Assembly: GCA_963778655.1 (NCBI GenBank)
Contig: CAVZVA010000009.1
Span: forward strand, 1,498,606-1,562,605
Source of the DNA: an uncultured delta proteobacterium
GTDB taxonomy: Bacteria; Myxococcota_A; Polyangia; Polyangiales; JAFGIB01
Length of the DNA stretch: 64,000 bases
Direction: 5' to 3'
In this document: positions 1 through 8,020 of the stretch, piece after piece
Position numbering within the stretch: the first letter of the stretch is position 1
Layout: the number at the start of each line of letters is the position of its first letter
Position numbers and translations under genes: made by a program
Notes under the pieces: generated by a model
Told to the model about the DNA's origin: nothing
Seen by the model: the letters and a program-made list of their open reading frames with translations, nothing else
Databases searched by the model: none

Positions 1-226
1 CGAACGGATAGCTGCGCTCGTCGCCAGTCAGCATGAAGTCGACCGCGGGCGTGCCCGAGGGTCGAGCGCCCTGCGTGCGCGCGGCGTTGATCGCGCGCTC
101 GACGCATGCTCGCAGCGTGCCCTGGGCCTGGGCCGCAGCGCTCGCGGGCGCGAGCGCCAACAGCAGCGCAGGCAATGCGCCCCGCGCCCAACGTTCGGCG
201 CGGGTTTGCGAGGCGCGGAGCTCCAT
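1..226 (-). CDS. Partial (N-terminal) putative secreted protein, runs off window start
   Basis: Manual translation from ATG at 226: MELRASQTRAERWARGALPALLLALAPASAAAQAQ..., signal-peptide-like and open to the window edge; divergent from the Rrf2 gene. Confidence 0.55.
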   Translation of the reverse strand, partial: MELRASQTRAERWARGALPALLLALAPASAAAQAQGTLRACVERAINAARTQGARPSGTPAVDFMLTGDERSYPF

Positions 227-346
227 GTTCGTGCGGCGCGGGGAGTGGATCCCCTGACTCCAAGGGTAGCGCCAAATGGGGCCTGCTGGGGGCCGAAGCG
301 TGAGATCGGGTCGTGCGGACCCGGACCTACAGAGGGGCCCGAGTTC

Positions 347-376
347 TTGCAATTTCCGATAGGATAATGTAGATTT
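347..376 (+). promoter_or_regulatory. Putative sigma70 promoter, possibly overlapping an Rrf2 operator
   Basis: TTGCAA (347-352)-N17-TAGATT (370-375) in an AT-rich patch just upstream of the ATG at 387. Confidence 0.5.
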
Positions 377-386
377 AGCTCCCCTG

Positions 387-833
387 ATGAAGCTTTCCAG
401 CAAGGGCCGCTACGCGGTGCAGGCGGTGTTCGATCTCGCCTACCACGCGGAGGGCAAGGCCGCGCAGATCAGGGACATCTGCGCCCGCCAGAGCATTCCC
501 TCCCGCTTCTTGGAGCAGGTGTTCCGCGATCTCAAGCGGGCCGGCATCGTGCGCTCGAAACGCGGCCCGCGCGGCGGCTACGAGCTGGCCCGACCGGTGA
601 CCGAGCTGGGGCTGGGCGACGTGGTGCGCGCCATCGAAGGCCCCACCGTGCTCGGCAGCGCGGAGCTGCGCGGGCGCGGCAGCAGCCACGAGCTTCTGCG
701 CGACGTGCTGGGCACGGTGGCCAAGCGCATCGAAGCCTGCCTGGACGAGGTCACGGTCGCGGACCTGTGCGCCCGCGCGGAGCAACTGGGGGTGGCGCAC
801 GGCACCGCCACTCGCTACGTCTACGCGATCTGA
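387..833 (+). CDS. Rrf2-family transcriptional regulator (CymR-like)
   Basis: MKLSSKGRYAV..., FLEQVF..LKRAGIVRSKRGPRGGYELAR wHTH signature; no IscR-type Cys cluster; C-terminus YVYAI. Confidence 0.9.
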   Translation: MKLSSKGRYAVQAVFDLAYHAEGKAAQIRDICARQSIPSRFLEQVFRDLKRAGIVRSKRGPRGGYELARPVTELGLGDVVRAIEGPTVLGSAELRGRGSSHELLRDVLGTVAKRIEACLDEVTVADLCARAEQLGVAHGTATRYVYAI

Positions 834-840
834 GTGCCCC

Positions 841-1776
841 ATGGCCGCTGAACCCTCAGCCAGAGTGGTCGAGAGCGTGCTCGAGCTGATCGGCGACACC
901 CCGCTGGTACGGCTGGGCGCGCTCGGTGGCGAGCGCGGCGCCACGGTGTGGGCCAAATGCGAGCAGCTCAACCCGGGCGGCTCGGTCAAGGACCGCATCT
1001 GCCTGGCGATGCTGGAGGCCGCCGAGCGCGACGGGCGCATCGGGCCCGGCTCGACGCTGGTGGAGTCGACCTCCGGCAACACCGGCATCGGCCTGGCGCT
1101 GGTGTGCGCGGTCAAGGGCTACCAGCTGGTGCTGACCATGCCCGAGAGCATGTCGCTCGAGCGGCGCGCGCTGCTCGAGGCGTACGGCGCGGAGATCGTG
1201 CTGACGCCGGCCGAGCAGGTGATGGACGGCGCGATCGAGGCGGCCGAGGAGATCGCGCGCGCGCGCGGCGCGTTCATGCCCATGCAGTTCGACAATCCCG
1301 CCAACCCCGAAGTGCACCGCGCGCGCACCGCGGGCGAGATCCTCGAGGCCATGGGCGACGAGCGGGTGGCGGCGTTCGTGGCCGCGGTGGGAACGGGCGG
1401 CACCGCGAGCGGCGTGGGCGCGCGGCTCAAGGCGCACGACCGGCGCACGCGCGTGATCGCGGTCGAGCCGGAGAGCAGCCCGGTGCTCTCGGGCGGCGAG
1501 CCGGGTCCCACCAAGATCCAGGGCATCGGTGCCGGCTTCGTGCCGCGCAATTTCGATCGCGCGGTGGTCGACGAGATCCGCCAGGTCAAGGACCGCGACG
1601 CCTACGAGATGAAGCGACGTCTGGCGCGCGAGCAAGGCTTGCTGGTCGGCATCAGCGCCGGCGCCAACGCGCACGTGGCGGCCGAGGTCGCGCGCGAGCT
1701 CGGCCCCGACGAGCACGTGGTCACCGTGCTGTGCGACACGGGCGAGCGCTACTTCAGCCTCGACGAGTACTTCTGA
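841..1776 (+). CDS. cysK: Cysteine synthase A (O-acetylserine sulfhydrylase)
   Basis: NPGGSVKDRI (PLP Lys), TSGNTGIGLA, QFDNPANP, GTGGT, KIQGIGAGFVP, DTGERY. Confidence 0.93.
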   Translation: MAAEPSARVVESVLELIGDTPLVRLGALGGERGATVWAKCEQLNPGGSVKDRICLAMLEAAERDGRIGPGSTLVESTSGNTGIGLALVCAVKGYQLVLTMPESMSLERRALLEAYGAEIVLTPAEQVMDGAIEAAEEIARARGAFMPMQFDNPANPEVHRARTAGEILEAMGDERVAAFVAAVGTGGTASGVGARLKAHDRRTRVIAVEPESSPVLSGGEPGPTKIQGIGAGFVPRNFDRAVVDEIRQVKDRDAYEMKRRLAREQGLLVGISAGANAHVAAEVARELGPDEHVVTVLCDTGERYFSLDEYF

Positions 1777-2507
1777 TGAGCTTGCGCGAGACACACGCGC
1801 TGATCGTGGGCGCCGGCGGCCTGGGCTGCCCGGCCGCACGCGTGCTGGTGCGCGCCGGGGTCGGCCGGCTCACGCTGCTCGATGACGAGCGCGTGGACGA
1901 GAGCAACCTGCACCGGCAGACGCTCTACGAGCCGTCCGACGTGGGCCGGGCCAAGACCGAGGCGGCGCGGGCGCGGCTGCTGCAGGAGGCCGCCGCGCGC
2001 GGCCGGACCTGCGAGGTCGTTGCACGTGAAATCCGGGTCACCCCGGAGCATGCCGTGCAGCTCGTCGGGGGCCACGACGTGGTGCTCGACGGGACCGACA
2101 ATTTCGCCAGCAAATTCCTGCTCGCTGACGCCTGTGCCCTGGCCGGCGTGCCACTGGTGCAAGCTGGCGCCGTGCGCTGGGTGGGCTGGGTCATGGGCGC
2201 CCTGCCCGGCCGCAGCGCGTGCCTGCGCTGCGTGTTCGAGGACGTCCCGCGCGGGCGCGAGGACACCTGCGCCGCGTCCGGCGTGGTCGGCCCCGTGGTG
2301 GGGGTGATCGCCGCGCAGCAGGCACTGATCGCACTGCGGCTGCTGCGCGGGGAGGCGGCCGCCGCGGGCGTGCTCTACAGCTACGACGGGCTGGCGGGCG
2401 CGTTCCGCGGAAGGTCGGTATCGCGACAACCACGCTGCCCGCTGTGCAGCGGAATCATCAAGGATACGGAGCTTGCGCGTTACGCGACTCCGGAGCACGC
2501 GGCGTAA
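1776..2507 (+). CDS. ThiF/MoeB-family E1-like adenylyltransferase, lacking the N-terminal RYxR segment and a rhodanese domain
   Basis: ATG overlaps cysK stop (TGATG); LIVGAGGLG P-loop, SNLHRQ, DGTDNF, CLRC and CPLC Zn motifs, TCAASGVVGPVVG. Confidence 0.9.
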   Translation: MSLRETHALIVGAGGLGCPAARVLVRAGVGRLTLLDDERVDESNLHRQTLYEPSDVGRAKTEAARARLLQEAAARGRTCEVVAREIRVTPEHAVQLVGGHDVVLDGTDNFASKFLLADACALAGVPLVQAGAVRWVGWVMGALPGRSACLRCVFEDVPRGREDTCAASGVVGPVVGVIAAQQALIALRLLRGEAAAAGVLYSYDGLAGAFRGRSVSRQPRCPLCSGIIKDTELARYATPEHAA

Positions 2508-2542
2508 GCGAGCACGACGAAAACGAGGAGAGGAGCCGAGCG

Positions 2543-2815
2543 ATGGCAGTCAAAGTCAGAGTCCCCACGCCCCTGCGAACCCTGACCGGGGGCAAGGACG
2601 AAATCGAAGCCAAGGGCAGCACCGTGCGCGAGGTGATCGACGACCTCGAGCGCAACTACCCGGGCATGAAGGATCGCCTGTGCGACGAGAAGGGCGTGCG
2701 GCGCTTCGTCAACATCTACCAGAACGAGGAAGACATCCGTTTCCTCGACAGTCTGGAGACCGCGGTCAAGGACGGCGATTCGATCAGCATCGTGCCCGCG
2801 ATCGCAGGAGGCTGA
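2543..2815 (+). CDS. cysO: Ubiquitin-like sulfur carrier (CysO/MoaD family)
   Basis: VRVPTPLRTLTGG...RRFVNIYQNEEDIRFL...GDSISIVPAIAGG; C-terminal GG; purine-rich RBS upstream; next to cysM-like and JAB genes. Confidence 0.88.
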   Translation: MAVKVRVPTPLRTLTGGKDEIEAKGSTVREVIDDLERNYPGMKDRLCDEKGVRRFVNIYQNEEDIRFLDSLETAVKDGDSISIVPAIAGG

Positions 2816-2822
2816 ACGCAGC

Positions 2823-3212
2823 ATGCTGTCTCCCGCCGCGCGCCGCCGCTACACCCGCCACTTGCTGCTCTCCGAGATCGGCGAGGCCGGACAGGAGCGT
2901 CTGTGCGCGGCTCAGGTGCGCGCCGCGCCTGCGGCCGACGCGCGCGCGGCCGAGGTCGCGCTCGATTACCTGGCGCGCGCGGGGCTAGGCGTGAGCGCGG
3001 ATGGCGCGCAAACAGCAACCGCGATCGCGCTCTTGCTGCCCTCGCCCGAGCAGCTGCGCGGGCTTGCGGGCGATGCCGCGCTCGAGGAAGCGGCGGCCGC
3101 GCTGAGCGGCGCGTTCGCGGCGGTCGAAGCGATCAAGCAGGCGCTCGGAGTCGGTTCGCCCGCGGCGCTGCCAGTGATGCTTGCTCCTCCTGCAGGGAAG
3201 GCGAAGCCATGA
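2823..3212 (+). CDS. Small degenerate MoeB/ThiF-like protein (putative inactive E1 partner subunit)
   Basis: RRRYTRHLLLSEIGEAGQERL matches the MoeB/MoeZ N-terminus; YLARAGLG; C-terminal GAFAAVEAIKQALGVG helix; no GxGGxG or SNLxRQ. Confidence 0.75.
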   Translation: MLSPAARRRYTRHLLLSEIGEAGQERLCAAQVRAAPAADARAAEVALDYLARAGLGVSADGAQTATAIALLLPSPEQLRGLAGDAALEEAAAALSGAFAAVEAIKQALGVGSPAALPVMLAPPAGKAKP

Positions 3213-3285
3213 CGGTGACGCGCGAGCGCAGCGACGCGCAGCGAGCCCTGCGGAAGGGGCGCGTGACCTTGCCGGTAACAAAGCC

Positions 3286-4215
3286 ATGACGGCACGCAGC
3301 AGGCGGATCGATTCGATCGTCGATGCGGTGGGCAACACGCCGATGGTGCGACTGCGCAACATCGGGCGCGAGACCCCAGACGTGAAGCTCTACCTGAAGC
3401 TCGAGTACTGCAATCCCGGCGGCTCGGTGAAGGACCGCCCTGCCCTGCAGATGATGCGCGACGCGATCGAGGACGGTCGCCTGACCAAGGACAAGATCCT
3501 GATCGACGCCACCAGCGGCAACACCGGCGTCGCGTACTCGATCTTCGGCGCGGCGCTGGGCCAGCGCGTGCGGCTGGTGATGCCGTCCAACGTCTCGCAG
3601 GCGCGCAAGGACATCACGCAGGCGTTCGGCACCGAGCTGGTGCTCAGCGACCCGATGGAAGGCTCGGACGGCGCCATTCGGCTGTGCCGCGAGCTGGTCG
3701 ACAAGGAGCCGGAACACTACTTCTACGCTGACCAGTACCGCAATCCGAGCAATCCGCGCGCCCACTACCTCGGCACCGGGCGCGAGATCCTGGAGCAGGT
3801 GGGCGGCGAGATCACCCACTTCGTGGCGGGCTTGGGGACCAGTGGTACGGCCATGGGCACTACGCGCAGGCTGCACGAGCACACGCGCAAGATCGTGTGC
3901 GTGGCGGCCCACCCGGCCGAGGCGCTGCACGGTCTCGAAGGGCTCAAGCACATGGCCAGCTCGATCGTACCCGAGATCTACGACCCGGCCGTGCCCGACG
4001 AGCACATGGCGATCGCCACCGAGGACGGCTGGGACATGGCCGACCGGCTGGCGCAGGAAGAAGGGCTGCACGTGGGCCACTCGACCGGCGCGAACGTGTT
4101 CGCCGCCCTGCAGATCGCCAAGCGCATCGGCAAGGGCTGCGTGGTCACGGTCGCGTGCGATCGCGGCGACCGCTACTTCGCGCCGATGCGCTGGGAGAAG
4201 CACTATGAGTGGTGA
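3286..4215 (+). CDS. cysM: Cysteine synthase B / CysM-like PLP enzyme
   Basis: NPGGSVKDRPA, DATSGNTG, DQYRNPSNPRAHY, ITHFVAGLGTSGT, HGLEGLKHM; ATG chosen at 3286. Confidence 0.85.
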   Translation: MTARSRRIDSIVDAVGNTPMVRLRNIGRETPDVKLYLKLEYCNPGGSVKDRPALQMMRDAIEDGRLTKDKILIDATSGNTGVAYSIFGAALGQRVRLVMPSNVSQARKDITQAFGTELVLSDPMEGSDGAIRLCRELVDKEPEHYFYADQYRNPSNPRAHYLGTGREILEQVGGEITHFVAGLGTSGTAMGTTRRLHEHTRKIVCVAAHPAEALHGLEGLKHMASSIVPEIYDPAVPDEHMAIATEDGWDMADRLAQEEGLHVGHSTGANVFAALQIAKRIGKGCVVTVACDRGDRYFAPMRWEKHYEW

Positions 4216-4702
4216 ACGCCCCTGGATCGCCGGCGAGCTGGTGATCGCGCGCGCCGTGCTCGAGCAGATCCAAGCCCACGCGCTGCAGGACTATCCCGGC
4301 GAGGCGTGCGGCTTCGGCTCGGGACCGGCGGCAGAGGCGGCGAGCGTGGACGCCTGCGCCCGCCAGCAGAACGAGGCGGACAAGTACCACGCGCTGGACC
4401 CGGTCACCTTCCCGCGCACCTCGCGCATGTACTTCAAGATGAACGAGCTGCGCGCGGCGCGCGCGTTCGAGGACGGCGAGCGCGCGGGCCGCCCGATCAA
4501 GTTGATCTACCACTCGCACTGCGACGCGGGCGCGTACTTCTCGAGCGAGGACGCGGCGACGTTCGCGGCCGGCGGCCAGTTGATGTGGCCGTGCGCGTTC
4601 CTGGTCGTCAGCGTGATGCAGGGCGCGCTGGCCGACACCAAGCTCTGGGTTCACGTCCCCGGCACCAACGACTTCCGCGAGTCGAGCTTCACGCTGCGAT
4701 GA
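4205..4702 (+). CDS. JAB/Mov34 (JAMM) metallopeptidase, Mec+-like CysO-cysteine peptidase
   Basis: YPGEACG and IYHSHCDAGAYFSSED (E...HxH-x7-S-xx-D); overlaps the cysM stop. Confidence 0.88.
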   Translation: MSGERPWIAGELVIARAVLEQIQAHALQDYPGEACGFGSGPAAEAASVDACARQQNEADKYHALDPVTFPRTSRMYFKMNELRAARAFEDGERAGRPIKLIYHSHCDAGAYFSSEDAATFAAGGQLMWPCAFLVVSVMQGALADTKLWVHVPGTNDFRESSFTLR

Positions 4703-4739
4703 GCGCGCACCCGCACGCGCCTCGGCCAGGGGAACATGA

Positions 4740-4782
4740 AACAGGAAGGCGCGCAGGCTTCCCGTCTTCCCGTCTTGCTGTG
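4740..4782. repeat. Dispersed palindromic repeat family A, copy 1
   Basis: ACAGGAAGGCG...CTTCCCGTCTTCCCGTCTTGCTGT hairpin; related copies at 6621, 7984 and 20093. Confidence 0.7.
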
Positions 4783-4829
4783 ACTCCGAGGAACCGCTTG
4801 GCAGCAGGCACGCCCGTGATCGGAGGCCG

Positions 4830-6587
4830 ATGAGCGATCTGGCCGAGCGCGCGTGCGATCTGCTGATCGTCGGGGGCGGGGCTGCCGGCTGCGTGGCTGC
4901 GGTCGAGGCGCGCGAGCGTGCGCCCGAGCTCGACGTGATCGTGATGGAGAAGGCTCACGTGTACCGCAGCGGCTGTCTGGCCGCCGGCATCAGCGCGCTC
5001 AACGCCTACCTGCACCAGGGCGAGAGCCCCGAGTCGTTCCTGCGCTACGTGCTGCGCGACACGCTGGGCGTGGTGCGCGACGATCTCACGCTGAGCATGG
5101 CGGCCGAGCTCAACGAGCAGGTGCGCCGCGTGGAGTCCTGGGGGCTGCCGATTCCCAAGGACGAGCGCGAGCGGCCGCTCAGGCGCGGGCGGGCGTCGAT
5201 CAAGATCTTCGGCGAGCGCCTCAAGCCGATCCTGGGCAAGCGCGCCGAGGCCTCGGGCGCGACCATCCTGAACCGCGTCAACGCCACCGGGCTCGCGCTG
5301 CGCGACGGCCGTGTGGTGGGCGCGTTCGGCGTGGGCACGCGCGACGGCCGCTTTTACTTCGTGCGCGCCAAGTGCGTGCTGGTCTGCACCGGCGGTGCCG
5401 CCGGCCTGTACCGCCCCAGCAATCCCGGGGAGGCCGCGCACCGCATGTGGTACTCGCCGTTCAACACCGGCGCCGGGCTGGCGATGGGGATCCGCGCGGG
5501 CGCGGAGATGACCTCGTTCGAGTTTCGCTTCATCCCGCTGCGCATCAAGGACGCGATCGCACCGACCGGCGAGATCGCGCAGTGGCTGGGCGCACCGCAG
5601 ATCAACGCGCTGGGCGAGCCCTACCTCGAGAAGCACTACGCGCACCTGGGCGGGCGCTCGATGACCACGCAGGATCGGCTCTACGCCACGCTGTTGGAAC
5701 GGCGTGCGGGCCGCGGGCCGTGCTACCTCGACCTGCGCGGCATCAGCCCCAAGCGGCTGGAGGGCACGGTGGCCGCGTACCTGTCGATGGCGCCGGCCGG
5801 GGCGCTGATCATGAGCGACGAGGCGTACTACGCGCGCCACGGCGGGGAGCTGGCGCCGGTCGAGATCACCGGCGGCGAGCCGCACGTGGTCGGCGGCCAC
5901 GGGCTGAGCGGCTACTGGATCGACGCGGCGCGCAAGACCAGCCTGCCGGGGCTGTGGGCCGCGGGCGACGTGGCGGGCGGCTCGCCCAAGAAGTACGCCT
6001 CGGGGGCTTGGGCCGAGGCGGTGCTCGCCGTGCGCGACATGATCGAGCAGGCGCGACAGACGCCCGAGCCGGCCGGCGACCCCGAGCAGCTGCAGCGCGA
6101 GCGGGCGCGCGCGCTCGCGCCCGTCGCGCAGCAGGACGGAGTCGCGCCGGGCGCGCTCGAGGAACGCCTGCAAAAGGTGATGGACGAGTACGCGGGCGGG
6201 ATCAGCAGCGGCTACGGCTACAGCGAGGGCGAGCTGCGCATCGCGCGCCTGCACCTCGCGCGGCTGGAGCAAGAGCTGTCGCGGCTGCAGGCGCCCACGC
6301 CCTTCGAGTTGATGCAGTGCCACGAGGTGGTCGACCGGGTCGAGGTCGCGCGCGCGCTGGTCGAGCACATGGCGTACCGGCGCGAGACGCGCTGGCACTG
6401 CTACCAAGAGCGGCTCGACTACCCCGAGCGCGATGACGCGCGCTGGATGGTATTCGTCAACAGCGTGCGCGGCGCCGACGGCACCTTCAGCATGGTCGAG
6501 CGCCCGGTGGAGCGAGCCAAGATCGAGGTCCACCTGCCGCCGCTGGCGGACGGCGCGGTGATCCGCGGCGGCCCGCGCGGGCGCTGA
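4830..6587 (+). CDS. aprA: Adenylylsulfate (APS) reductase alpha subunit-like flavoprotein
   Basis: LIVGGGAAG FAD motif, KAHVYRSGCLAAGISALNAY, WYSPFNTGAG, EMTSFEFRFIP, VVGGH, LEERLQKVMDEYAGG, RRETRW, DYPERDD. Confidence 0.88.
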   Translation: MSDLAERACDLLIVGGGAAGCVAAVEARERAPELDVIVMEKAHVYRSGCLAAGISALNAYLHQGESPESFLRYVLRDTLGVVRDDLTLSMAAELNEQVRRVESWGLPIPKDERERPLRRGRASIKIFGERLKPILGKRAEASGATILNRVNATGLALRDGRVVGAFGVGTRDGRFYFVRAKCVLVCTGGAAGLYRPSNPGEAAHRMWYSPFNTGAGLAMGIRAGAEMTSFEFRFIPLRIKDAIAPTGEIAQWLGAPQINALGEPYLEKHYAHLGGRSMTTQDRLYATLLERRAGRGPCYLDLRGISPKRLEGTVAAYLSMAPAGALIMSDEAYYARHGGELAPVEITGGEPHVVGGHGLSGYWIDAARKTSLPGLWAAGDVAGGSPKKYASGAWAEAVLAVRDMIEQARQTPEPAGDPEQLQRERARALAPVAQQDGVAPGALEERLQKVMDEYAGGISSGYGYSEGELRIARLHLARLEQELSRLQAPTPFELMQCHEVVDRVEVARALVEHMAYRRETRWHCYQERLDYPERDDARWMVFVNSVRGADGTFSMVERPVERAKIEVHLPPLADGAVIRGGPRGR

Positions 6588-6620
6588 AGGGAGCGCGGCT
6601 GGCATGGACGCGTCGAGCCA

Positions 6621-6683
6621 ATGCAACAGGAAGGCGGCAAGAGGGGGCTTCCTCCGGGCTTCCCGCCTTCCCGTCTTCCTGTG
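6621..6683. repeat. Dispersed palindromic repeat family A, copy 2
   Basis: ATGCAACAGGAAGGCGGCAAG...CTTCCCGCCTTCCCGTCTTCCTGTG between aprA and aprB. Confidence 0.7.
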
Positions 6684-6712
6684 ATCTCCGCCGAGCCTGG
6701 GGAACCACGCAC

Positions 6713-7054
6713 ATGGGAATCTACGTCGACGAGCAGGTCTGCAATCGCTGTGGCACAGCCGAGGAGCCGATGTGCGTGCGCGACTGTCCGGGCGATCTGA
6801 TGCTGATCAAGCCCAATCAAAAGGCGGCCATCATCGACAACCGCGAGTGCTGGGACTGCGCGGCGTGCGTGAAGGTCTGTCCCACCCAGGCGATCGAGTT
6901 GCGGCTGGCGCCCAGCCTGCTGCCCCACGGGGTGAGCCTGCGGGGGCGCGCGCTCAAGCACAAGACCGAGTGGCGTATCCGCCTGCGCGACGGCGAGGAG
7001 CGCAGCTACGAGACGCCCAGCACCGGACGGCCGCCGTTCGCGCCCAGCCTATAG
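6713..7054 (+). CDS. aprB: APS reductase beta subunit-like 2x[4Fe-4S] ferredoxin
   Basis: CNRC...CVRDCPGDLM and ECWDCAACVKVCP, AprB-like spacing; directly follows aprA. Confidence 0.82.
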   Translation: MGIYVDEQVCNRCGTAEEPMCVRDCPGDLMLIKPNQKAAIIDNRECWDCAACVKVCPTQAIELRLAPSLLPHGVSLRGRALKHKTEWRIRLRDGEERSYETPSTGRPPFAPSL

Positions 7055-7122
7055 GCGGCAGGAGATCCGAGCCCAGACCCGCGTGCTGGCACGCGCGGGG
7101 GTGCGGTGATACACCGGTGCAG

Positions 7123-7935
7123 ATGGCCGTGGTGGAGGACAAGCTCGAGCGCCTGCGCGCGTTGTTGGGCGAGCTGGGCTCGGTCGTAGTGGCCTACAGC
7201 GGCGGGCTCGACAGCGCCTTCGTGCTCGCAGTGGCCAGCGCGGTGCTGGGCGAGAAGGCGCTCGGCTTCACCGCCGTGAGCCCCTCGCTGCCGGAGCGCG
7301 AGCGCCAGGACGCCGAGCGCATCGCCCGCGTGCTCGGCGCGCGCCACGAGTGCGTGGCCTCGGACGAGATCCACAACGCCAGCTATGCCAGCAACCCCGT
7401 CGATCGCTGCTTCCACTGCAAGAGCGAGCTCTACACCCTGACCGAGCGCAGGCGCGCCGAGCTCGGCTTCGCCCACGTGGTCAACGGCACCAACATAGAC
7501 GACCTGGGCGACTACCGCCCGGGGCTGCGCGCCGCCGAGCAGGCCGGCGTGCGCAGCCCGCTGGTCGAGGCGGGATTGCACAAGCACGAGGTGCGCGCGC
7601 TGGCGCGCGGGCTCGGGCTCGCGTTCTGGGATAAGCCCGCGGCCGCGTGTCTGAGCTCACGCATCCCCTACGGCACCGCCGTCACGCCGGATCGGCTGCG
7701 CCAGATCGAGCAGCTCGAGGACGCGCTGCACGCGCTGGGCCTGCGCCAGCTGCGAGTGCGCTACCACGGCGAGCTGGCGCGCATCGAGGTGGGCAAGGAC
7801 GAGCTCGAGCGTGCGTTTGCCGCGCGCGAGGCGATCATGGCCGCCGGCAAGGCCGCCGGATTCACCTTCGTCACGCTCGATCTGGCCGGCTACCGCAGCG
7901 GATCGCTCAACGAGCTGCTGCGCGTGCTGCAGTAG
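7123..7935 (+). CDS. larE: LarE-family ATP-dependent sulfur transferase (PP-loop)
   Basis: VAYSGGLDS PP-loop, RCFHCK, DDLGDYRPG, WDKPAAACLSSRIPYG, DLAGYRSGSLN. Confidence 0.9.
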   Translation: MAVVEDKLERLRALLGELGSVVVAYSGGLDSAFVLAVASAVLGEKALGFTAVSPSLPERERQDAERIARVLGARHECVASDEIHNASYASNPVDRCFHCKSELYTLTERRRAELGFAHVVNGTNIDDLGDYRPGLRAAEQAGVRSPLVEAGLHKHEVRALARGLGLAFWDKPAAACLSSRIPYGTAVTPDRLRQIEQLEDALHALGLRQLRVRYHGELARIEVGKDELERAFAAREAIMAAGKAAGFTFVTLDLAGYRSGSLNELLRVLQ

Positions 7936-8020
7936 CGGGCCAGGCCGCGCGCGGATTGACCGTAGGCGGCGCCGGACCGGGCTCAACAGCAAGCCGGGAA
8001 GCACGACTTCCGCAGGAGAT

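Noticed and set aside
1776..4702. E1 + Ubl + JAB as an antiphage protein-conjugation system (Bil/Bub or CBASS-like)
   Set aside because: No E2 or cyclase; the Ubl is CysO-like and the genes are interleaved with two cysteine synthases, pointing to sulfur transfer.
4830..7054. aprAB as evidence of dissimilatory sulfate reduction or sulfur oxidation
   Set aside because: No sat, qmo, aprM or dsr nearby, and the context is biosynthetic.
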